A stretch of 64,000 nucleotides of DNA from an uncultured Nitrospiraceae bacterium (GTDB lineage: Bacteria; Nitrospirota; Nitrospiria; Nitrospirales; Nitrospiraceae). A program made the translations under genes and the position numbers. The stretch covers positions 416,001 through 480,000 of the forward strand of contig CAWJWJ010000002.1 of assembly GCA_963846575.1 (NCBI GenBank), read 5' to 3'. The notes under the pieces were generated by a model. The model worked only from the letters and a program-made list of their open reading frames with translations, ran no database searches and had not been told where the DNA came from. This document shows, in pieces, positions 40,413 through 49,285 of this stretch (its first letter is position 1; the number at the start of each line of letters is the position of its first letter).

Positions 40413-42543
40413 CGCCACTCAGCTCAGCGTCCTCTTGATTGAGGACAACGACGAGCACGCGACCATTATTGCTCGACACTTGAGGCAAGTCGAAGATGCC
40501 CGCGTGGTCGTCTCGCGGGCCTCGTGTCTGGCCGATGGGCTGAGTCTGCTCGCGGCGAAGCGATTCGATGCCCTTCTCTTGGACCTCCAACTGCCCGATA
40601 GCCAGATAGACGAGACCTTGCGCTGCACGCTGAAGTATACCGTCGAGGTCCCGATCATCGTTATTTCCACCATTGAAGAACGCGCCCTCGCCAAGCAAGC
40701 GTTGAAGGAAGGGGCGCAAGCCTACCTCTGCAAAGCCGATCTCTCGTCGGAGCTGCTCTACCGAGCCATCGATTATGCCATTGAGCGGCAAGTGACCGAC
40801 GCCCGCCTGCGCGCAGAGGTTTCGCGGAAACAGGTTCTGTTCGATCTCAGTCAACAGGCCTTATATGAGAAGGACGTGGTCTGCCTCTTTGACAGGGCAG
40901 TGTCCACATTGTCGCATGCATTGCACGTTAAGTTCGTCATCTTGATGGAGTTTCTCCCAGACGAAAACCGGTTTCTCTTACGCGCGGGCACGGGGTGGAA
41001 AGACGGCCTTGTTGGACGGGAGAAAGTTGGGGCCGAATTGGACTCGCTGGCGGGCTTCACGCTTCGCGCCAGCCGTCCGACGATTCCAGGGAATCTGAGC
41101 ACCCTCGAACCGGTGATCATTAGTGATCTGACGACGGAAAGACGTTTTTCTCCCGCCCCGTTCCTGCCCGATCACGGCATCATCAGCGGCCTCAGTGTCG
41201 TTATCCATGGCAAGGACCAGGCGCATCCCTATGGCATCTTGGGGGTGCATTCGGCAACCCGTCGTGAGTTCACAGCCGATGAAGCCCAGCTTCTCCAATC
41301 GGCGGCGAACGTGTTGGCGGCGGCGCTCTTGCGAGTACAGCTCGAAGGGGACCTCATAGAATTGAACGCCGACTTAGAGCGCCGGGTGGCGAAACGCACC
41401 CATGACCTGGAGCAATCTCAGACGCTTCTGCGCGGATTAGCCACCAAGCTGAACCTGGCTGAACAGCGCGAACGCAAGCGGGTGGCGACGGAATTACACG
41501 ACCATCTGGCCCAAATGCTCGTACTCGGACGCCTAAAGCTGGGAGAGGCAAAGCAAAGCGTATTATTGGACTCCGAGTGCCAGGCCTTGCTGGGTGAAGC
41601 GGACAAGGCGCTGAGGGACTCGCTATCCTACGCTCGCACACTCGTTGCCAGTCTCAGCCCCTCTGTTCTGTATGAGTTCGGCTTACCGACAGCGATTAAG
41701 TGGCTGGCCGACCAGATGCAGCAGTACAACCTAACGGTCATTCTCGAATTACCGGATGGGCCTCCCATATCCCTGCCCGAAGACCAGGCCGTGCTGGTCT
41801 TTCAGTCGGTGCGTGAACTACTCATGAACAGCGCGAAACATTCCCAGTCTTCTCAGGCCAGAGTTATCCTGCAATATCGACAGGAGGCATTACGGGTCGA
41901 AGTGCGGGATCAGGGCGTGGGCTTCGATGTAGCGGCATTGACGCAAGCGGGGCTCTCACCTAAATTCGGTCTTTTCAGCATCCGTGAGCGCATGACGGCG
42001 TTGGGTGGGTCGTTTACGATTCAGTCTGAGGACGGACATGGAACGCTCGCCGTGTTGACCTTGCCCATGCCACGAGAAGTGCCTCACCCATCGCCTGAGC
42101 TTGAGCCCGCAGTCCAACGTAGGGCGCTCATCGCTCAGTTGGCGTCACAGGCCGTCCAAGCGGACACCGGAGTGCAAGTGTTGCTGGTGGATGACCATGC
42201 CATGATACGGCAAGGCTTACGCAGCGTACTTGAGAGGTATTCGGACATTTGTGTGGTCGGGGAAGCGTGCGATGGCGTGGAAGCGATTGCCCAAGCCGAC
42301 CGGCTGTGCCCGTCGGTCGTCGTGATGGACATCAACATGCCAAACATGAATGGCATTGACGCGACGAGCATGATCAAGACCCGTCACCCCGAAATGGTGG
42401 TCATCGGATTATCAGTCAACGCCTCGCCTGAGAATGACCACGCCATGCGGGGAGCAGGGGCGGTGCTGCTGCTCACCAAAGAGGCGGCTGTGGAACAACT
42501 CCACGCATGCATTCGAGAAGCCATGCATGGATCCAGACCCTAA
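40405..42543 (+). CDS. Hybrid kinase REC-GAF-HisKA_3-HATPase-REC
   Basis: N-terminal REC; GAF; ERKRVATELHDHLAQ; FGLFSIRER; C-terminal NarL-type REC. Confidence 0.9.
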   Translation: MPNATQLSVLLIEDNDEHATIIARHLRQVEDARVVVSRASCLADGLSLLAAKRFDALLLDLQLPDSQIDETLRCTLKYTVEVPIIVISTIEERALAKQALKEGAQAYLCKADLSSELLYRAIDYAIERQVTDARLRAEVSRKQVLFDLSQQALYEKDVVCLFDRAVSTLSHALHVKFVILMEFLPDENRFLLRAGTGWKDGLVGREKVGAELDSLAGFTLRASRPTIPGNLSTLEPVIISDLTTERRFSPAPFLPDHGIISGLSVVIHGKDQAHPYGILGVHSATRREFTADEAQLLQSAANVLAAALLRVQLEGDLIELNADLERRVAKRTHDLEQSQTLLRGLATKLNLAEQRERKRVATELHDHLAQMLVLGRLKLGEAKQSVLLDSECQALLGEADKALRDSLSYARTLVASLSPSVLYEFGLPTAIKWLADQMQQYNLTVILELPDGPPISLPEDQAVLVFQSVRELLMNSAKHSQSSQARVILQYRQEALRVEVRDQGVGFDVAALTQAGLSPKFGLFSIRERMTALGGSFTIQSEDGHGTLAVLTLPMPREVPHPSPELEPAVQRRALIAQLASQAVQADTGVQVLLVDDHAMIRQGLRSVLERYSDICVVGEACDGVEAIAQADRLCPSVVVMDINMPNMNGIDATSMIKTRHPEMVVIGLSVNASPENDHAMRGAGAVLLLTKEAAVEQLHACIREAMHGSRP

Positions 42544-42652
42544 GGCAGGCTGCACCCGTTCCATTCAGCAGGGACGGGGGAATCGCAGATTAGCATAGAG
42601 AGAGTGGGCAACACTCTCTCTATTGCCACGGAGTCAAAGCGGGCGGAGGTGT

Positions 42653-42988
42653 ATGTCCTCGATTCTTCTCATCGAAGACGATGTCAGTCTGCGAGAATTG
42701 ATACATATCACCTTGAGGACGGCGGGATACGACGTCATCGATGCGGTGAACGGCCGACTCGGACTCAAGGCATTTCGGAAGTCGCCGACCGACCTGTATA
42801 TGCCAGAGCGAGACGGTTTGGAAGTGCGGCGCTCCCATCGCAGCGTTAAGGTCCTCGCGATCTCGGGGGCCTCAGGGACCATCGGATATTTTCCACTCGC
42901 GCAGTCCTTAGGCGCCGTGGCTGTCCTTCAAAAGCCATTTTCTCCTTCAGTGTTATTAAAGGTCGTCGCGGAGCTGCTGAGTCATTGA
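42653..42988 (+). pseudogene. Degenerate response regulator with in-frame deletions
   Basis: ...SPTDL|YMPERDGLEV|RRS lacks the beta3 strand (VITDI) that carries the phospho-Asp. Confidence 0.6.
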
Positions 42989-43083
42989 TGGCTCAGGGTC
43001 GGAGCCAGTCGATTCCAGAAAAGCGAGCCTCCAGAACACGCGCGCACATCGGCGAATTGTGTTGCCAACTGAGGCTAAATAAG

Positions 43084-43431
43084 ATGATGGAAAATCCGTT
43101 GTCCCCCCACGCCCCTCTCAACCACTGCCCGCCCCCACTTGTCCCGATCATGCTGGAAGTCGTTGCGGCTCACAATGCCGCCATGCCAAGTGTGGGCGAA
43201 GGCATCCACGAGAAGACGGTGGAGATGGCCGGCAGCGACTACGATCAGCTGCTGGTGCTGTACTACACTGCATTCGGGACGCCCTTCTCCTGTAAAGACG
43301 CACAGCACGGGGTCACTCATACTTTATCCTTCGCCGATAAACCAGCCGTGGTACAGGAAACTCTGACTAGCACGACTCGCCGCTATACCGTACAGGTGAA
43401 GTTGCTGAAGCTGCCGGCCGTGCCCTGGTAG
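43084..43431 (+). CDS. Hypothetical protein
   Basis: Protein-like ORF; no recognisable motif. Confidence 0.4.
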   Translation: MMENPLSPHAPLNHCPPPLVPIMLEVVAAHNAAMPSVGEGIHEKTVEMAGSDYDQLLVLYYTAFGTPFSCKDAQHGVTHTLSFADKPAVVQETLTSTTRRYTVQVKLLKLPAVPW

Positions 43432-43858
43432 CCCCTGAATGCCGAAAGGCACTCGAGTGGTCGATTCAATCCCGTATGGGACTGTTCTCCTTTTGGATCA
43501 GCGTACTGGCGATGGTGTGCTTGAACCATGCGATGCGCACGTGGACGAGACTCACGCATCCCTGTGCGCACGTCGCTGGGCTCGGTGATCGGCCTTCGCG
43601 GTTGCCTGGGGATGTTGACCCCTCGTCAGTCGGCATGGTGGGCTGAGAACCATCCCAGAACGAGGACGCTACCTGGCCATGCGTGCGATGATTCTGTGAG
43701 CTCTGTCGTGGTTCGCGCAGAAGTTTGGTCCATACACGCGAGAAAGACGTCATCTGCACCAGCACCAGGCCCTAGGACGCCTTGATCCTCCCAATCGTAG
43801 AGCCCATTCCATCTAACGCGGAATAGCCGTCCTAGCGGCTTTGTCCTAGAGTCGCGCC

Positions 43859-44230
43859 ATGCAAATATGCTGCTCGCCGAACGAGGATGAAGGCCTTCCC
43901 TTCTCTTGTACGATCTCCATCACCGATGAAGCCGAGCCCATGGATGGCACGATCTGGGCCTTCTACCCGCATCGCTGTCTCCTTGAAAGCGGTCGCGGCC
44001 TCACTCTCGGAATGGGCGTCTCCCAAACGTTGGACCTCTCTGAGATCGCGCGGGTCCGGCTCGGGCCTGGGATCGTCACATGGGTCTGCGACAAGGCATG
44101 CGGCATTGAGTTTCCACACAGTTCGGCATCTACCACCTTTGAGCGGCTACCATGCGCAGGTGAGGTCTCGGCCGTCGATCACGCCCATGTCTCCAGGGTC
44201 CACCTGTGCCCAACACTCCCCGCGGATTAA
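43859..44230 (+). CDS. Degenerate PilZ-like protein
   Basis: DGTIW...CLLES...LGMGV...IVTWV...CGIEF beta-barrel pattern; c-di-GMP motifs absent. Confidence 0.45.
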   Translation: MQICCSPNEDEGLPFSCTISITDEAEPMDGTIWAFYPHRCLLESGRGLTLGMGVSQTLDLSEIARVRLGPGIVTWVCDKACGIEFPHSSASTTFERLPCAGEVSAVDHAHVSRVHLCPTLPAD

Positions 44231-44742
44231 CTTTGAGGAGACCAGTCACCGTCTATGGAGCAAGTCGACGCACATCTAAAGATCCTTCTGCAAGACTTCG
44301 TGCGACTGTGTCCCGAGGACACGCCCTTAGAAGGAGACGACTGGGCCGGCCTGCATGAAATTTGTGTGTTTATCCACGAGCAAGAGATTCAGTGCGCACC
44401 TTCGACCTTTCGGGATTTCTTGATCCAGCATGGCTGTTCGGAGAACAAGGCCACGGCCGTGAGTCAGTACTATAGTCACTACCTTCACCAGCTGAAGGTG
44501 CGTGGTCACGATCCCCAGACCTCTGTCCAGAAGCTGGACGAGACGCCAACGCAAACTGGCGCTGAGGCTCACGCTCACAACCAAGGAGCGACGGATGTGT
44601 CGGTTCCAATTTAATCGGAAGAATCATGAGTCAGTTGTCGTCAAGGGAAGACGGGTCGACATAGTGGACGGTTGCATCACAGTCGTGGATGCACAAGACC
44701 GGCCTCTTGCAACGTTTGACCCAGCCGAGCTGTCGAGTTGGT
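44214..44742 (+). repeat. ~530-bp direct repeat, copy 2
   Basis: Aligns with 27665-28192. Confidence 0.92.
44255..44614 (+). CDS. Hypothetical protein (family A, copy 2)
   Basis: Near-identical to 27705-28064; GAGGAG RBS. Confidence 0.65.
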   Translation: MEQVDAHLKILLQDFVRLCPEDTPLEGDDWAGLHEICVFIHEQEIQCAPSTFRDFLIQHGCSENKATAVSQYYSHYLHQLKVRGHDPQTSVQKLDETPTQTGAEAHAHNQGATDVSVPI

Positions 44743-44777
44743 GGATGGTGCCCGAGACCCGAACGCCCTCCTCATGA
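44595..44777 (+). CDS. Small hypothetical beta-rich protein (copy 2)
   Basis: AAGGAG RBS; paralogue of 28045-28221. Confidence 0.5.
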   Translation: MCRFQFNRKNHESVVVKGRRVDIVDGCITVVDAQDRPLATFDPAELSSWWMVPETRTPSS

Positions 44778-45278
44778 TTATCTGCTATCTCACCAGGTCG
44801 CATCCTCTTTTCAGGTCGTCTGGACCACAAATTGAATAGCAGAAAAAAAGGACAGCCGCAGTGTCCATGTGGCTCAGCCGGTTTCAAGGCATCGATTAAA
44901 CCAAAGTATGCGGTGAACGACTTATCGCTCAATTTCTGGAGCCTTTGCCCTCCTTTCGGAATACAGCGAGTGGTATGGTCTTAGTGCTGGGCTCTTCACA
45001 TAGCGCGGCAGTCAGGCCAGAAGCACGCTTTGAAGTCCCGTCTATACACGGACTGAGTCACACAATTATTTCTTCGACGACCGCATTCTCTTGCTAGTCT
45101 CCGGTGGGAACTAATTGGCCGTCATTGCCATGATAGCAAGTCGTCGCCCGTGGGTCACTCCGCCTTCCAAATGCAGGCCATCCTTCAAATCTTTGCACAG
45201 TACACCTAGGTGCCCTCCCGCCTTTGCGGTACGTCCTCTGGGGCATGGCAAAGATGCGAGGTTGGGTTATTCTTCCTC

Positions 45279-45632
45279 ATGGACAGGACGGCTACCCTAG
45301 GAGAACAAAGTGTTGCCTCCATGATTGAGATCCCTTGCCGAGTTGACTATCGCCCGACCAACGCCCAGCAATTTTGCGAATGGACCGGCCGAGTCGCTCG
45401 GCTGTCTGCTACCGAATGCCGGATCGTCGCTGCCCATGTACCTCAGCCCGGCGCCTGGCGGGAGCTCCGGATCTATCTGCGCGGACATGCCTGGCCAATC
45501 AAGGTCCCCCAGGCAGAGGTGGGGTGGAGTCACTGGAGGGACTTTACGGTGGGATTTCTTCATTTCTCGAGGCAGGAGCAGGACCAGCTCGAAGGCTCTC
45601 TCAGAGCCGCCTCGGTCCTAGTCGCGAATTGA
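45279..45632 (+). CDS. PilZ-like protein
   Basis: IPCRVDY...GRVARLSATECRI...LRIYL...WPIKV..AEVGW....FTVGF. Confidence 0.55.
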   Translation: MDRTATLGEQSVASMIEIPCRVDYRPTNAQQFCEWTGRVARLSATECRIVAAHVPQPGAWRELRIYLRGHAWPIKVPQAEVGWSHWRDFTVGFLHFSRQEQDQLEGSLRAASVLVAN

Positions 45633-45681
45633 CGAGCCATTCCTGCCCCCTGAAGAATCCTCACAAAGGAGTACGACTGGC

Positions 45682-45954
45682 ATGGACAAACACGTTCAGA
45701 GACTGCTGCAGGATCTTGCCCGAACCTGCCCCGCCAGCGATCTTCAACAGAAGGATTGGGAAGAGATGTATGAAATCTGCCTGTACGCGCATTTGAATGC
45801 CATAGTACTGACCCCTCGTAGCCTGAGAGTGTTTCTCCACGAGCAAGGGTGTTCGGTGCAAAAGGCAGCTTTTTTGAGTCACCAAGTTGAACATCTGACC
45901 CGCATCCTGAGCCTCTATGACGAGCGGCGAGCCGAACAAAGCGCCCGAGACTGA
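45682..45954 (+). CDS. Hypothetical protein (family A, divergent copy 3)
   Basis: Shares D.H...LLQD..R.CP...DW...EI...P...R.FL...G.S..KA with copies 1 and 2; AAGGAG RBS. Confidence 0.7.
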   Translation: MDKHVQRLLQDLARTCPASDLQQKDWEEMYEICLYAHLNAIVLTPRSLRVFLHEQGCSVQKAAFLSHQVEHLTRILSLYDERRAEQSARD

Positions 45955-46002
45955 CCACCGGTGCTTCCAGGGATTTCATCGCACATGGAACCGGGAGTGA
46001 GC

Positions 46003-46419
46003 ATGCAACGTCTTGAGAAGGCAACAGTTGACGCGAAACTCCAGATGCTGATCCGGCATTTGGTGCTCAGCTTTCTCCAAGCCACCATTTTTTCTCGTGA
46101 GGTGGAGGAGCAGTACGCTGTCGTGGTCATCGCCCCTTATGACGGGGGCCCTGACAAAGTCATTCAAGTCGAACGGGCGTGGCTGGCCAAGCAGCCGGAC
46201 ACGATGGAAGCATTTCGACGTGTGCTGGAAAATCTGAACTTGCCGACCGTCCTCCAACGGTACGGAAGATACGACCTGGGATCGGCCGATTGGAGCGACC
46301 CCGCCAACGCACGATGGCTGGCGGCCCAAGGCAGCGATGTGGTCTCTCTTGGCCGCCTGCACCTCTCGGGTCCGTCCCTTCCATCGTCTGCCCGTGCAGT
46401 CTTCCCTGCCCGTGCATAA
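46003..46419 (+). CDS. Hypothetical protein
   Basis: GGGAG RBS; protein-like ORF. Confidence 0.45.
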   Translation: MQRLEKATVDAKLQMLIRHLVLSFLQATIFSREVEEQYAVVVIAPYDGGPDKVIQVERAWLAKQPDTMEAFRRVLENLNLPTVLQRYGRYDLGSADWSDPANARWLAAQGSDVVSLGRLHLSGPSLPSSARAVFPARA

Positions 46420-46823
46420 CGAACACCTCCAGGGCACCGGGAACGCTCTGAGATCCGTCCCCCCGACGAAATACTCGATCACCTGATTGGATTCGAGTGA
46501 ACCTATCCTATTTGGCAGGTTTTAGGATATACGATGGATTTTACTTTTGGCCTGGTGCCCTTTGAAGGCGAAGTGCGCGCGCGAATTCTTCACTAGGAAT
46601 GACTTAGATTCATACCCGTGTAGCGCATTCCATTAGGCCCGTTTAAGTGCCTCTCCACTTTGGTCGATGTGTCCCATAGGCTATTCCTTTGCTCGGAGCT
46701 CCCACTGCGGTCGGGGATCTTCACTCAATTTTCACCGGTGTGAATTCCGACCATCCTCACGCAGCCAGAGCGATTCCTTCAATTTTGAAGGAAAGCCCTG
46801 ATACCAACGATGGGCGGATTGCT

Positions 46824-46835
46824 TGCCCTCCACCA
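46824..46835 (+). repeat. attR core TGCCCTCCACCA
   Basis: Exact copy of tRNA-Ala 3' 12 nt; in-frame continuation of the recombinase lies immediately to its left (46757-46823, minus strand). Confidence 0.8.
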
Positions 46836-47187
46836 ATTCCTTCCTCCCTGTCACGCAGCTGCTACATGATACCTGGCGGGTCATTAGGCTGGTTGTCTCC
46901 TAAACGGTTGCTCTATTCTCCGCTGAGTAGCTTCTCATTCATGTGAGCCTTTTGGGTCACATCCATCAGGTCTCGTCAACTCCGCGCACAAGGTCCCTTG
47001 ATCGCCTGCTCCTGTTGGAGTGATGCATCGACCACCTCCGCCTTGCGGCCTCGGTCTCATCAGGCACTTAGGTGCCGATACAATTGTGCCATATACAGTG
47101 AAGAGACTCAGGCCTAGGATGCAGCCTTCCGCTGTGTTCACCCTGAGGCAGTTCTCGTCTCGCCTCACCCTGAGAAAGGATAACGGC

Positions 47188-47465
47188 ATGACACCACTTC
47201 ACCAAGAAGTGCTGGGATACATCCGTGCCTGCGAGCATCTGCTATCCCCACGCGTGCGGCAGCTTTCCCGGACGAGCAGGAACTGGTGGTTCATTACGCG
47301 ACCGAAGTGCTGCAGTTATTCGCGCCCGGTGGCGACTCCCGTCCTTTCGCGCAACAGACCAAGAACCCCTGCCACGCCAGCGGTAATGACCGCAAGATCG
47401 ATCGCGGCGGTCCCCCGGGCGAACGGGTCGGTGGCGAGCGCCTTCCCGATCGATCGAATCTGTGA
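47188..47465 (+). pseudogene. Small hypothetical protein, probable frameshift near 47268
   Basis: AAAGGA RBS; MTPLHQEVLGYIRACEHLLS...QLS then PDEQELVVHYATEVLQLF in another frame. Confidence 0.35.
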
Positions 47466-47755
47466 TGCCTGATGCTCAATGCACCTAAGTCACATCCCCC
47501 AAGCGCTTCAGTAGGTGCTTGATAAGCAAAAGCTCTGTTCGTCAATACTTGCTTTCTTGTCTTCCAGCCATCCCGCCTGCCAAGGCCCTTCTCCTGGCCG
47601 AAAGGCCTCGATATCTTCCTCGAAGATCGATATATTGCCGCCGATAGTTGCCTCGGGTGCCTCCAGTCGAGCCAGCGCGCCGCACTCGAGGAGGTCTAAT
47701 CGCTCACTGCTTGGCCTCGGCTAGAGGATTCGGGTAGCGTGGCAGGAGAACGGAA

Positions 47756-49285
47756 ATGGGCAAGGAGGATACCGACAAGCACCAGCCGCTTGCCATAGTC
47801 TCGACTACTCGGACTGGAACCATCACGAGCTTCAATAGAGCCGCCGAACGCCTCTTGGGGTTTGATGCGGAGGAGATCATCGGATTACGTTCCCTCGTCT
47901 CGTTCCATGATCCAGCCGAGTTGAAGCGTCGAGGCGCAACCGATCTCTCCGAAATCAGGACAGCGGCAGGAGATGAGTTTGGCATCATCGTCGCAGAGGC
48001 CGTACCCGGTCATACGACCGATCACCAGTGGACCTATATCCCTTGCAAGGGCCGTCCCGTGCGGGTTCGCCTCTGGGTCACGGCCCTGTCCGACGAAACT
48101 GACGGCATAGCGGGGTACGTCATGGTCCTTCAACCCCACGATGAAAAATCGCGTTCCAGCGAGCTTCTCAGGCATCAAGCGGAACTTCTTGACCTCGCGA
48201 ATGACGCGATACTGGTACGAGATCTGGAACACGATACCATTGACTATTGGAATGACGGGGCCGTGCGTCTCTACGGATGGACCAGTAGCGAGGCTGAGGG
48301 TGCATATATTCATGATTTTCTGAAGACGGTCTTTCCTCAGCCATTGACGGAGATTAAAGAGAGTTTTCTCGCCGACGGATTTTGGACCGGGGAACTTCTG
48401 CATACGACACGGACCGGCGAGAGGATCGCCGTCTCCAGTCGCTGGACTCTGCTCAGGAATTCGGAGGACGTCCCCAGCGCGAGTCTGGAGTTGAATACGG
48501 ACATCACTAAGCAAAAACAGGCGCAAGAAGCGCTGACGGCCGCCCATCAAGAACTGGAACGGCGTGTCGAGGAGCGCACGATGGCGTTGAGCGACGCCAA
48601 TACCCGATTGCAGGTCCTCTCGCGACGATTGATGGAGATCCAAGAGTTGGAGCGTCGCGCCATTGCGAGAGACCTGCACGATGAGATCGGGCAGGCATTG
48701 ACGGCCATAAAAATGAACCTTCGCGAATTCGAAGTGCAGCGTGAGGCCGAGGGGCCGTCCGACAAACAGCTGGCCGAGAGTCTACTAATTCTGGATCAGG
48801 TGCTTCAGCATATACGCAACCTGGCGTTGGACCTGAGGCCCTCGATGCTTGACGAGTTGGGTCTCATTCCCGCTTTGAGGTGGTACGTCGCAAGACAGGC
48901 CGAACGTGCTGGATGGATCCTGAAGTTTCTGGCCGATGAGGCCATGACCAGACCGTCTCCGGAGGTGGAGATTACCTGTTTCCGGCTCACGCAGGAGGCC
49001 TTGACCAATGTGGCGCGCCATGCGAAAGCCACAGTAGTGGAAGTTCGTCTCGAACGCAGTGGTGCGGAGCTGGATCTCATCATTCGGGACGATGGGGTCG
49101 GATTTGTGCCGGATCTTATTCGCAGCGGGATTCGTGCGGGGACAAGTGTAGGCATCTCCGGCATGGAAGAACGCGTTCGTCTTGCAGGAGGACGAATCCT
49201 GATCCATTCCACCCCCGCGGCCGGAACTGAAATCCGCGCCACGTTTCCGCTAGACACGAGTCGCGCCGAGACAGCCTATGAATAA
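47756..49285 (+). CDS. PAS-PAS HisKA_3 histidine kinase
   Basis: ERRAIARDLHDEIGQALT, QEALTNVARHA, DDGVGF, GISGMEER. Confidence 0.93.
   Translation: MGKEDTDKHQPLAIVSTTRTGTITSFNRAAERLLGFDAEEIIGLRSLVSFHDPAELKRRGATDLSEIRTAAGDEFGIIVAEAVPGHTTDHQWTYIPCKGRPVRVRLWVTALSDETDGIAGYVMVLQPHDEKSRSSELLRHQAELLDLANDAILVRDLEHDTIDYWNDGAVRLYGWTSSEAEGAYIHDFLKTVFPQPLTEIKESFLADGFWTGELLHTTRTGERIAVSSRWTLLRNSEDVPSASLELNTDITKQKQAQEALTAAHQELERRVEERTMALSDANTRLQVLSRRLMEIQELERRAIARDLHDEIGQALTAIKMNLREFEVQREAEGPSDKQLAESLLILDQVLQHIRNLALDLRPSMLDELGLIPALRWYVARQAERAGWILKFLADEAMTRPSPEVEITCFRLTQEALTNVARHAKATVVEVRLERSGAELDLIIRDDGVGFVPDLIRSGIRAGTSVGISGMEERVRLAGGRILIHSTPAAGTEIRATFPLDTSRAETAYE

Larger units (their letters stand above)
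18485..46835. mobile_element. tRNA-Ala-integrated genomic island (~28.3 kb): serine recombinase + filamentous prophage + cargo
   Basis: 12-bp terminal direct repeats, recombinase at left end, phage module, many pseudogenes, patchy base composition. Confidence 0.8.
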
